A DNA stretch of 63,219 nucleotides, filler included, from Lenisia limosa (taxonomy: Eukaryota; Protista; Breviatea), in the NCBI GenBank assembly GCA_001655205.1. It is 20 parts of 20 records of this genome, joined end to end, with 100 filler letters (N's around TTAATTAATTAA, not from the genome) between each part and the next. Parts side by side here need not be neighbours in the genome. Positions count along the whole stretch, not along the records: positions 31,852 to 38,192 come from LPNZ01008332.1; positions 38,293 to 44,122 come from LPNZ01007126.1; positions 44,223 to 46,102 come from LPNZ01005080.1; positions 46,203 to 49,437 come from LPNZ01008328.1; 16 more parts are not named here. One strand, 5' to 3'. Position 1 is the stretch's first letter; every line of letters begins with the position of its first letter. The translations under genes were made by a program, and so were the position numbers. Below the pieces are notes generated by a model that saw only the letters and a program-made list of their open reading frames with translations, made no database searches and was not told the DNA's origin. This document shows positions 37,648 to 49,537 of this stretch, in pieces.

Positions 37648-38783
37648 CGCTCAGAAACGAAAGAGATAAACTAACGTTCTTCCTTTAACCGGACTTACCA
37701 AAGTCACTAACAAATACAATACAGATTTACGAGATTTATATCGTTATTGGCGGAATTAATTAATGAATATCTTCTCACGTGGCGCATGCTAATGCGTAAA
37801 ATCGCTTTGTTTCCAAAACACCTTCATGTCCATGTCACATTGTTGTGATATGCCCAACTCCCAACAACAATCTACAAATAACTCAAAAAATACATGAATG
37901 ATAACCGACATTGTAAAATAATAAGTATATTAGAAGTACAAAAACAGGAAATGTAACAAAAAGGAAACATGTGTCAAAACTATCTCAAAACACAAAACAC
38001 TCTACAACAAGATCAGCCCGGCAGCAAGAGGCATCCAGAAGCCCTTCTACAAGTGTCAATAATAGAAATAGAAAAGAAGAAAAAAGCTGCGATACTTTTT
38101 TTAAAAAAGTATTAACTTTCCAAATCATGAGAAATAAAAGACATAAATGCAAAAGGACATCAATATGTATATTATTTTTCTTGTTGAGATAANNNNNNNN
38201 NNNNNNNNNNNNNNNNNNNNNNNNNNNNNNNNNNNNTTAATTAATTAANNNNNNNNNNNNNNNNNNNNNNNNNNNNNNNNNNNNNNNNNNNNTCCCCCGC
38301 TGTCTACGCGTCGTGTGCCCTTCTACCGGGTTGGTTTCGCACATTGATTGGGATATTTGGGATATTTTGCTCTTCTTTCGGGTTGGTTTCTAAGGATGTT
38401 TGGGAAAGATGTTCTTCTTTCGGCGTTTGGTTACTTTATTCTCTGGTTTGTTGCGATACAATTTTATGAATTTTTCAATTTTACTCCTCCCGCCCCTCTC
38501 CCCNNNNNNNNNNNNNNNNNNNNNNNNNNNNNNNNNNNNNNNNNNNNNNNNNNNNNNNNNNNNNNNNNNNNNNNNNNNNNNNNNNNNNNNNNNNNNNNNN
38601 NNNNNNNNNNNNNNNNNNNNNNNNNNNNNNNNNNNNNNNNNNNNNNNNNNNNNNNNNNNNNNNNNNNNNNNNNNNNNNNNNNNNNNNNNNNNNNNNNNNN
38701 NNNNNNNNNNNNNNNNNNNNNNNNNNNNNNNNNNNNNNNNNNNNNNNNNNNNNNNNNNNNNNNNNNNNNNNNNNNNNNNNCAG

Positions 38784-38842
38784 ATGAAAGCGATTCCGAC
38801 GCCTCTGTTGACCTCGACGATGAATACGGCTTCTCTGACTAG
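38784..38842 (+). CDS. Acidic terminal exon of an unidentified gene
   Basis: cag|...DESDSDASVDLDDEYGFSD* directly after a gap; convergent with the REJ-like gene. Confidence 0.4.
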
Positions 38843-39359
38843 ACTTTCCGCCACGATGATGTTTCTCATGTTATCCATGTTGCCCCTCTTCTATATTCTG
38901 TATTGTGCTTAATTATGCTATGTATGGTTTTGATATCCATGATTTAGGGAGGTAGGGTGACTGTAAACTTTTGATATGAATCGACTTGGGATTCACTTTG
39001 GTTCACATTTCTTGATAAATCCTACCTTCGATTTTACCAGAGTTTTTCGGGTGAAGCCCAAAATGATAATGAAAATCCCATTTCAACAATTTGCCTGTGA
39101 CTTCGTATTTGAAAGAGCTTGCAAGAATAATAATAATACCTCTCCAGTTTTAGCAGTAATTTCTTTAACTTTGGTGATGAAGCTCTTTATGTTGATTTAC
39201 TTTGGATTGAAAACAACCCTCGATTCAGCGGATGAGACGACAAAGTGGATCCAGGAAAAGCACCATTGAGAAAGTAAGAAAGTAAGAATATCAAAACCAC
39301 AACTTCAACAACTACAAGAAACAAGAAACAACATGAGAGAGTTACACCTGGCTCTTAAG

Positions 39360-42300
39360 TTACACCTGGCTCTTAGCCTGGGGCGGCATGGGAATGTCAT
39401 CGTCGTCACTTATCACCGTAACGTCATCGACATTTTCTGGGACTAAACAGGGTAAAAGGAGGACTGTATTGCAGCGTTGTTCATATGCTAAGCACCACAC
39501 ATACCAGGAGGGGTGGGAGATCTTGGGCTAGGGGTGGGGTTTTCCTCGGGTACAGCGTCACTAGAAATGTAAGCAAATGATATGTGTACAATATCAGGAA
39601 GAAAAACGATGTAGGAAAAAATGAACAAGAGGATTATGAACTTCCCTTCGATTCTCCTCAAAACCAAATAAGGCAACCAGGCCAACATTCCTAATATGGA
39701 AGCTCCTAAAACAAAACAAAAAAAAACAGTTCTGTCTCCCTACCCTTCATCAACAGCGATGGTTTCGGGGGCCTCAGTCTGGGCGTCCGGGGTGGCCGGG
39801 ACAACNNNNNNNNNNNNNNNNNNNNNNNNNNNNNNNNNNNNNNNNNNNNNNNNNNNNNNNNNNNNNNNNNNNNNNNNNNNNNNNNNNNNNNNNNNNNNNN
39901 NNNNNNNNNNNNNNNNNNNCAGAATCAACAAAGCCCAGTTATGTTTTTTTTGTGATATTCTCCAATGTGTTTATTAGTTTCCCAAGATTGTTAATGAAGC
40001 ACAAATGACTATCTATTATATTACATACACACAAACTGACCATTTATACAAAAAAACCTTATTCCCCCTCACCGTCTTGCCTCCGCCGCCGCGTCCTGCA
40101 ACAAAGCCCAGGCCGGCAACCAGCACAAGGCCAACAACGGCGCCGCCAATATACACGGGCGTCATGTCTGTCTCCGAGTCGTCTTCCACCGTGGGGGCAG
40201 GCGTTGTACTTTCCTTATTTGGTAAGTGACGGAGGACCTGTCAAAAAAGAGGGTTTTAGAACTGAAATATGAAGTTCCATCCGCTTCCAGCCTACTTCAA
40301 CCACAAGCACTGGTTTCTGAACAGGAGGAGTTCCGGGGGAAACCAAGGCGAACGTCGCATCGTTACTCATTGGGAAGGAGAGCTGGAAGGTTAAATTCGA
40401 CAATAGTGGCGCCAACAACATAAATGCAGATTTTGAATAAGAGAAAAATATTAATTCACCCAATCTTTTGCCTCACAGCTTTCTGTGTGCCGAAGAAAAA
40501 TGATAACAACAAAATAAGAACCCCTCTCACCAGGGCGGAGGTAGACGTAGAGTCGAAGGCAACCTCAGTCCAATCACCGTCAACAAGCTGAAGAACAGAA
40601 GCCGATGTTAAGGCTTCAGAATCATCCTTGATCTTGACAACGGCATCAGCAACAAGAGGCTCTGTAAGACCATCGCTATTGGCACCAGTCAGCTTAAGGA
40701 CCACTCCGGTGGATTCCACTGTGTCGGGAAGAGCGACTAGGGAAGCCACATCTTTAACAAGAGAAATTTGGATTGACGGAGAGCCAGACGTAGAGTCTGC
40801 AGCCATTTCAAGGCCGACTTCAACGCTGTTCGGGAGAAGAAGAGCATCCGAGGTGCAACTGTTCGAACAAGCTACGGTTTGGGTAGTTTTAGAAGCCAAT
40901 ACACAGCCACTCACCACGTTGACATAGGGTAATGTGCAAGTGGCACAGTAGTTGGGATAGAGGGAGTTGCAAGAAGAGCACTCCTGGAGGGACGAGGAAG
41001 CAACGAGAAGACATGAGCTTGCCTTAACAGCAGTACACACGTTCTTCGAGCACTTGTAGCCTGGAAGAGCCTGGCAGTCCTGGCATCCGCTAACACCATC
41101 ACAGTCCTCATCAGCATCAACAACGCTATTTCCGCAGAGGCATGAAGGGTCAGCGGGGTCACAGTACCCAACCATGGGGACTACGTAGCTATTGGCGACT
41201 GCGCGACACGCCACGTTACCATCTACATCAAGGGCGGCAGCACGGGTCCACACGTCGTCCACGACCGTGGCGCAAGAAACCACGCATGACGCGCAGCTGT
41301 CAGAAGCAAGGTCAGTAGCATCGGAAGTGGAAATATTGTACTTAACAACGACATTGAGACCAGTGAACGAGGTGACGCCAGCAGAACCATCGCTCAATCC
41401 GACGGCAATAGCAGAACCAACGCCGCTGCCGGCCTGGGGCAGAACAAAGCGATTGGCTGGGAGGGCCACGGCGGAAATATCGACAACAGCCGTGTTGAGC
41501 TGGGTGGTGGAAGCGGTTTGAGTGATAGAAATGTCAACGCCCGCGAGGGTCGCCGTGAGCGCGTTAGTAGTTCGACGGTTTCCTAATCCGGAAGCGAAGA
41601 GGCGAATAAGACCGGCCTGGATGCTAGCACTGTCAACAGAGATCGGCTCGTTGGGATAGAGGTTGGTTGCGGCGGCGAAGGCGGCAACAAGGTCACGTGC
41701 AGCGCTGCGAGCTTCGGAAATACTCGGATGGTTCGGAAGAGGCATGAGGTCCATCAAAGTGTCGAGACTGGTGATACGATCCCTGAGATTTTCTTCTGAG
41801 GCAGCGGAGAGGCCTGCAGTAGCCGCAATTAAGGTGGAAACCAACTCCCCGTCCTGGGCGCTGAGTTTGGCAATGGAAAGTTTAACAATTTCGGGGAGAA
41901 CCGGACACTCAACCGTGACGCGTTCGGCCATCTCAAAGATAAGCGGCATGGCGTCAGAGGAGCTCTCAACGTTCGTGAGCGCGGACGCAATGAGAGTGGC
42001 GTAGTCATTGGCATTATCTAGACTGGCTTGGGCAACGTAAATGTCGCGAATGAGCTCCACCCAGCTACTGGCGGAAAGTTCGAAAACCTCAACAGTGGTG
42101 TCATCGGACACAGAACTTCCGTAACGATCACTAACAACAACACTGATCACGTTGGTACCAGAGGGGAGGCGGATGGTGGACTCAGAGGCAAGGGTGTCGG
42201 AAACCATCGTTTTGCCGTTGACAAAGATGGAATAGAAGAGATCAGAGATTGTGGCTGCTTCGAAGTCAACAGCGCTCACAACGAACTCCGTGATTCCGGC

Positions 42301-44009
42301 TGCTCCGAGAGGAGGCGAGATTGTAATCGAGCCTTGTCGAGGAGGCTGGAGAATGTCAATGGAGAGCTCAGTGTCGCTTCGAATACCGGATGGCGTTTCA
42401 GTAACGCGCAACACTACGGCGGCGGAAGTTGCAGAGCTGATTTCAGCCGGAGTGAGGACGAATGTCTCATCCGAGCCGGTCAAACCAAGGTCAGTGCAGG
42501 TCCAATGGTAAGAGAATGGACCTTGGGCGGGGCCGGATACACGAGCCGTGAAAGTGACATCGGAGCCGAATGGAGCAGGACCGCTAAGACCGGTTGAGAT
42601 TGAGGCGATCAGCTGGGCAGCAGTAATGGTGACTTCCTGGGTTTTTGTAGTTGTGAGACTGGTGAAGCTATCAGTTGCGACGGCGGTGATGATGTAGGTA
42701 CCTGTAGAGGACCCAGTTAAGGTGAAGCCTTGAGCGTCGGCCGAGCCGTCAGTGCAAGTTGTATCAAACTCAGTTTTGCAATCATAAACAACAGAAACGT
42801 CACTATGAGCAGTATTAGGGCCAGCAACGTTGGTAGCAGCGATCACGATGGTGTCGTCAACCGTCCAGGCGCTGGTGAGAGCGAAGTCGAAAGTCGGCTC
42901 AACAGGAGCGTACGTGACCGTAACCGAGGCTTTCGCAGAGAGAGAGCCCTGGGTGACAGTGAGATTGACAGAAGTGGGAACGAAAGGAGTGGCGTTAGTA
43001 AGGTCAAGAGTGGCCATCTCGCTGTTGGGCGTGAGCGTCAGAGCTGAGTCCCATGAATAAGTAAGTGCGTCGTTGACTGAGCTGCAAGCAGAGGGTGCTG
43101 CAACTGCACTGAGAGTGGCAGAAGCATCAGAGGATTCGATTGCTTTGGGGCCATCAATACTGACTGTGGGGTTCGCGGCAGGCTGAGAGTGAGAAATACG
43201 AAAAATTTCCCCATCAAAAAATATATCTAATAAGCTGAAGAAATTTCAAAGATGAAGATATCTATTCAAATCTCAATGCAGAGTTCAGTCCTTTATGGAA
43301 ACGAGGTGGAGCTCAGTGAACGAGCGAGTGGTGACAATAAATCCTAGATAAACACCAATATTTTATCCGTCTTTGTCGGACCGTAAGAAAGCCCTAGTTA
43401 AACCTCAGTAAATAAAACCACACGAAGTACTACCACCCACCAAAACAGTCATTGAAGACTTTGTAGAAAAGACCTTTCCGTGGAATGTAGTGACCTTCAC
43501 AGTGAATTCAACGGGGCCTTCAACAAGGCTGGTGTAGAGAACCTGGGGAGGGGGGGGGGTAAAAAAACAACCCTGTTGGCTGATTACACACGAGGGNNNN
43601 NNNNNNNNNNNNNNNNNNNNNNNNNNNNNNNNNNNNNNNNNNNNNNNNNNNNNNNNNNNNNNNNNNNNNNNNNNNNNNNNNNNNNNNNNNNNNNNNNNNN
43701 NNNNNNNNNNNNNNNNNNNNNNNNNNNNNNNNNNNNNNNNAAACAAAAAAACAAAAAAAAATGAAAATATAAAAAAAAGCCATAAAACCCTCATACCTGG
43801 AGGGAGAAGCCGTCCTCTGTTGCGCCAACTAGGGCGGTAGCAGGTTCAGCAGACCACTCCAAGGAAGAAAGAAGAGGGGATGCACCGGAAGTTCTCAGGG
43901 AAATGGCCAACTCAGTAGCTTGATCGGTTTGACACGAAGAAACAGTTGAGGGAGCATGGATAGTGGGAACAAGGTCGGGGACTTGGGCAGGGGTTGTCAG
44001 AGAGAAGGA
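39360..44009 (-). CDS. Large type-I membrane protein with REJ/PKD-like modules, Cys-rich repeats and one TM helix (5' end missing)
   Basis: Exon 43182-40531 is 884 codons and includes LTYSW, FSYHWTC, ITISPPLGAAGITEF, CGNSVVDADEDCD and CSSC/CATC clusters. Downstream exons give the TM segment VYIGGAVVGLVLVAGLGFVAG and an acidic/Pro tail ending AKSQV*. Confidence 0.8.
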
Positions 44010-44328
44010 CTAGAAGGTGAATTGGTTGCTGGAAACAGAGTAATCCCAAAATACGTACAAATCGATATTTATCGAGGATTCAGTCTTTTTTGAACCGAAG
44101 TCCTGCTGACTTGCAAAGCATGNNNNNNNNNNNNNNNNNNNNNNNNNNNNNNNNNNNNNNNNNNNNTTAATTAATTAANNNNNNNNNNNNNNNNNNNNNN
44201 NNNNNNNNNNNNNNNNNNNNNNTAATATACCTTGCATAGCTATATACATGTACATGTATAATATACTATATATATAATTATATATGTATATATATATATA
44301 TCGATGTGATTGGTCACTCTGAGCAAAC

Positions 44329-46089
44329 CGCCTGGGAGTTGAGAACGAAAGGGCCTGTGGTGCCGTCATTGATAATGGCAAGCATTCGTTGCAGGAACCG
44401 ACTGTGATGTGATGATGATGATGATGATGATGATGTTGTTGTTGTTGTTGTTGTTGATGATAATAATAATGATGGATAATGATGATGTTGTTGATGATGG
44501 TACCTCCTTTACCAATATACACGCATGTTATCCAAATGCCAACAGAGGAGCCTGACATAATATGTTATTTCATAAACGACAAGACCCCATACGCTGTGAA
44601 CTGGAAGGCAGAAGGGAACTGGTTGAGCAGCACGACCACCGCCGTGAGGAACTGGAGGAACACTGGCGAGGACTGAGTGTTGGCCTGGGCCCTGCTTCCT
44701 GATACCTGCCCGAATCTCTGGGGGGAGGGGGGTTGGAAAATGTATGAAACAAAAAAAGCACAAAATCAATTAGAACAACACAAAGGTTGAAAACGACACC
44801 CGTTAAACTATCGATAGTTTTCGAGATGTCGAGAAATTCACTCTGTTTTCAAACCGAAGTGAAAACCTACTGGTAATATACTGTTTGCTTACAGTAGCAA
44901 TTTGGTGGCCAAAAGCAAGGAATTCGCGATTGACGAGGTTGAAGAAGCCTGTGTTGTGAGACCAATTTTGATGCAGTAAAAAAACGGATTTTAATTCTTA
45001 GGCAACAATTTATAATTTGGAAGTATACCATATCATATTCAAATAAAGATGACATACTCATTGGATACAATGATAATCTTATCATAATCTCTAAATGCCC
45101 AACAGATATAGAAATGAGAAATTAAATGAGGTTGTATCCTGCAGGCTGAAACTATTTCTTTTGATAATTTGCATTCCACAGAGGGCTTTGCGGTTCGAAG
45201 ATCGGGTACAGTTTTCGGACCAAAGTGAACCCCAAGTTCCGAATACCTGTGATAGTCCTGGATGAGGGGTCGGACATCAACTGGACCAGGGCTGATATTT
45301 GGGACGTGCGGTCCCATCTGAACCGATCAACACGGGGGTGGGGGAATAAAATAGGNNNNNNNNNNNNNNNNNNNNNNNNNNNNNNNNNNNNNNNNNNNNN
45401 NNNNNNNNNNNNNNNNNNNNNNNNNNNATTGTGACAGAGAACAACCATTATGATTTCATACTGACCAAAATCTTAGTTAAATTCTGGAAAAAGTAGCAAA
45501 AGAATGAGGTCACAATGTTTGGATATCTGTGACAGTTATCTCGAAGTATAACCTGCTTGAAAGCAGGCTACTCACCCGTCACTGCAGTGAGTCAGTACGG
45601 CCGCACCATTGAGCAGAACCGCGGCCGACATTGCCGAACCTACGGGGGTAAAATTGGAAAATAGTTGAAACAAACAAAGCCCAAAATCAACTCTGTTGGC
45701 TGACAACACACGANNNNNNNNNNNNNNNNNNNNNNNNNNNNNNNNNNNNNNNNNNNNNNNNNNNNNNNNNNNNNNNNNNNNNNNNNNNNNNNNNNNNNNN
45801 NNNNNNNNNNNNNNNNNNNNNNNNNNNNNNNNNNNNNNNNNNNNNNNNNNNNNNNNNNNNNNNNNAAAATGAAGGAATCCAATAATCCGTAACAGGGGGG
45901 GATGAATGAAAATGAGACGGATCGTTGTGATCCTAGTCAACAGAGGCTTTATTGCAAAAAAAAAAAATAATAATAAAAAAATAAATAAAACAACAATACA
46001 TGCGGAAACCACCCAGCATCCGCCACCAACCCTGAATCAGAAGGTTTAACTGAGTGATCCATTCGGACTCATCAACTTGTCGGAGGAAC
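44329..46089 (-). CDS. Myotubularin-family phosphoinositide phosphatase (partial, 7 exons)
   Basis: Exons 46089-46031, 45639-45576, 45317-45247, 44948-44893, 44717-44593 and 44401-44329 join in phase. They give ...VLTHCSDG|WDRTSQISALVQLMSDP...GFFNLVNREFLAFGHQIAT|RFG...SPVFLQFL...QFPSAFQF with the CSDGWDR signature intact. Confidence 0.92.
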
Positions 46090-46202
46090 CTGGGGGGGGG
46101 GGNNNNNNNNNNNNNNNNNNNNNNNNNNNNNNNNNNNNNNNNNNNNTTAATTAATTAANNNNNNNNNNNNNNNNNNNNNNNNNNNNNNNNNNNNNNNNNN
46201 NN

Positions 46203-47523
46203 CGCGCGACATGCTGAGGCGTGTTTGGACGTGGGTCTCAAGGCGGATGACCTCATTTCCCAAGCCGATAAGGTCCTCCATGCCCGACAGGAGCGTCTCG
46301 ACCAGGTAGGCTACGCTGTGCTGTAACGCTTGTTTGTGAAATGCGTACCATGGTGTTCTTTGAAGATTTCAGAACTTTTTCTTTCGCAATCAAAATTATT
46401 TTCGCTGAAGATTCCCACTGTATCTTTCCTTACTCTTTCAGATTATGAAGGTAGCTGAGCAGCGTAAGAACGAGAAGCTTGCTCTGGCTCAGGAGGAGGA
46501 GGAAAAGAAAAAGGAGATTTTGGCCGAACGGTGAGAGTTGTCGCAGTGCTAGGACCCCATATTCCCACTGTTCGGAAAGGAGCAGCATACAGTCGATAAA
46601 TTGTGGTTGTAGTTATTGCGTTGTACTCAGAAGAATGGTACTCACGGTTCAGCTCGCTTCAACTGAAAAAGATGATTTCCGAGAGGGAGGAGAAGATGCT
46701 CAATTGGAAGAGTCTTGAATGTGGGTGGCGATATTCTGTCACTTCAACCGAAGTATTTATTGCAATAAGGATTTGCTAGTACAGTATGATAAGTTAATGC
46801 AGTTGAATCCTGGCTTACTCTCCAGCTGAGCCTGCACCGCTGCCCGCCAAACGCTCAAAGAAGTATATTTCTGACAACTCCATTAAGGAGGCGCTTCAGT
46901 CCTATGTGGGAGAGTGACTTCACCTGGGGACCGTTTTTCAAGGACTTTTTTGTTTCGTTTTTACTCCCCCTTATTCAACAGGCGCATAACACTGCCATTT
47001 CGAAGGACAGCAACGACGACGGTCTTCACCTCGATATCGACAGTGAAAGTGACGGAGAGGTGGGCCCAAAACCTCTGTCATCGCATATCGACATTTCTGT
47101 GTTTAGTTTTAAACGAAACAGCAATTTCATTCCATGCATGTCAGGGTCTACACTATGACTCTATAGCCTTTCATGATTTGTTCGTTTTGTTATCAACCCT
47201 CGTATGTTATTGCTAAAAGAGTTGATTTGATAGTCTTCGTTTTAAATATTCCAATTTTACTCCCTCCCCCAGGGTCAGTCCATGCCACCCCCCACCAAGA
47301 GAGCCCGACGAGTGGTGGAAGAGGACAGCGAGGACGACAACAAAGTCAACCTTGACGACCTTGGTGAGTACGGCATAATCCGGCTTTAGGGCTGGTTTTT
47401 CTAATGCTGTATATACATTGATGCCCCCCTCCCCCAGGTCTTGATGAGCTCGGTCTGAACCTTGATGACGATGACCTTGGGCTAGGGCTGAACTTGGACG
47501 AAGACTTAGGGCTCAACATCTAG
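46203..47523 (+). CDS. Coiled-coil and acidic C-terminal region; weak resemblance to the CTR9 C-terminus
   Basis: LISQADKVLHARQERLDQ|IMKVAEQRKNEKLALAQEEEEKKKEILAER|...KRARRVVEEDSEDD...LGLNI*. The exon structure is clear; the family assignment is weak. Confidence 0.55.
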
Positions 47524-47771
47524 AGGTGTAGGTGTATGGTAGTAGTAGGCAGTCTCGACGGCTGGACGTGCGAAACGATTCAATGCAAATTAATTCAGAA
47601 TTTCTTTTTGGGTTTGATGATATGGGGGGCTCCAAATGCATGAGATCAAAATTGCTATTGATTGACCACGTGATTGGAAACAAGAACATAAACAACAGAC
47701 TTTGTACTAAAACAAATACCACCTCTTGTGGTTAACAAACAGAACAGCGAAAGGATGAGCTGTTGAACGGA

Positions 47772-49304
47772 CTAGAGGGTCTTCTTGCGGATCTCTTTTT
47801 GGTACCACACGTACGTCATTGCGAGGAATATACACAGAAGGAATATGACGAATAAAACTGAATGATTAGCCTACGTGAGAAATATGAAGGCATATTTTGT
47901 TATTGAGCCCCCCCCCCCCNNNNNNNNNNNNNNNNNNNNNNNNNNNNNNNNNNNNNNNNNNNNNNNNNNNNNNNNNNNNNNNNNNNNNNNNNNNNNNNNN
48001 NNNNNNNNNNNNNNACGCCACCTCTGAGGAGGCAGTAGCTATGATGCGTGAAAAAGGCTTTCTTCATGGTAGAGTGTAGCTAAGATAGGCCACTCGGAGG
48101 GCAAGGTATGTCAAGATACAAAAGAATAAACAATACACACAGAATGCACAGACACTCACCTAGAATCAGGGTCCACACCGGTGACAGTGAACACAAAACG
48201 CCCCTCGTCTTTCCACCACAGGCCGTTGACTGCGAAATGATGTGGATGTGGAAGAGGCAGCATTGGGGTGAATGGTTGCATCCAACCCGCATAAAACGTC
48301 CATATCACCAAGATGAAAGTATTTAGGATGTAAACAAAACAGTAAAACTGAAGACAAGATAGAAACAACGCATACAGGTAGAGTTGAGAGCTTCATAAGA
48401 CGAGGAAGTGGAATTCAGATCGCCAGAAGATCCGTGGCAGCTGTAATGCGTCCAAGGGGTCCAGGCCTAGGGGTTGAGTGTGGAGAGGGTGGAATAAAAA
48501 AAAAAGAGGACCAACTGAGTGGACTTTACTCGATACTAATCATCAGGAACTTAGAGCATCTATGGATGCTCAATCATTATTTGATCTTCATAAGCATGTC
48601 ACCCACATNNNNNNNNNNNNNNNNNNNNNNNNNNNNNNNNNNNNNNNNNNNNNNNNNNNNNNNNNNNNNNNNNNNNNNNNNNNNNNNNNNNNNNNNNNNN
48701 NNNNNNNNNNAAAAAGCTGAGAATGAGAAACTGAAGTGTTGAATAGTATTATAATACTGGGAATATGGCTCAGAATAAATCATCTTCCCTTACAGCTGAA
48801 ATTGAGGTGTTGTAGCTGAAGGATTCCCGCCCGGTTTCTTCGAAAACAACATAGTCTGTGGTGAGTGCCTGAACAGTGAATACAATCCATACCCTTGTTT
48901 ACCAAGTCAAACTCCTCGGAAATAACAAAGCCGCTTACCCTCACAAATGAGTCGCCATCATAAACGTCGAAAATGGGCCTGTACGAGTCCCCGTAGTACA
49001 CCGACACAGCACATCGGAATATGGACGACGGCGAGGCAAATGGGAGAGTCCTGTAGCGGTGAGAAGGAAGTTATTGTGTCATACGTAGAAAGCAAAAGCT
49101 CTTCATACCATTTTCTGATAAGAGATAAGATATAGTACTAGATAGTTGGCTAAGATAAAAATTACTCCAAAATGAAGAACAAAGGTGGCTACTTCACATA
49201 TCCAACTGAATCCCTCATACAGTCCATCAAGAATGACCCAGTCTTCAGCACTGCAGCCCTCGTCAGCCTGGTAGCGGCTTTCTCCCCTTCGAAGTCGAAG
49301 GTGC
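47772..49304 (-). CDS. Hypothetical membrane-anchored beta-rich protein (partial)
   Basis: Exons include TLPFASPSSIFRCAVSVYYGDSYRPIFDVYDGDSF, ALTTDYVVFEETGRESFSYNTSISA and NGLWWKDEGRFVFTVTGVDPD, ending in a TM-like stretch LLCIFLAMTYVWYQKEIRKKTL*. Some phases are unresolved. Confidence 0.5.
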
Positions 49305-49537
49305 CTGCAGAAATCAAAGAGAGATGGGGGAGTAAATTGGAAAATTTATGAAACAAAAGCCCAAATCAACTCTGCTGGCTGACAGCACATGAGGAATGAC
49401 AACAAAACCAACAATGGCACTCGCATCCCATTACTCCNNNNNNNNNNNNNNNNNNNNNNNNNNNNNNNNNNNNNNNNNNNNTTAATTAATTAANNNNNNN
49501 NNNNNNNNNNNNNNNNNNNNNNNNNNNNNNNNNNNNN

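Noticed and set aside
40628-43060. Plus-strand and alternate-frame ORFs over the big exon
   Set aside because: They are shadow ORFs of a GC-balanced, stop-poor coding exon on the minus strand, with no independent motifs.
44405-44500. Poly-His/Gln ORF at 44175-44558
   Set aside because: It is a (GAT/GTT)n microsatellite inside a myotubularin intron, not coding.
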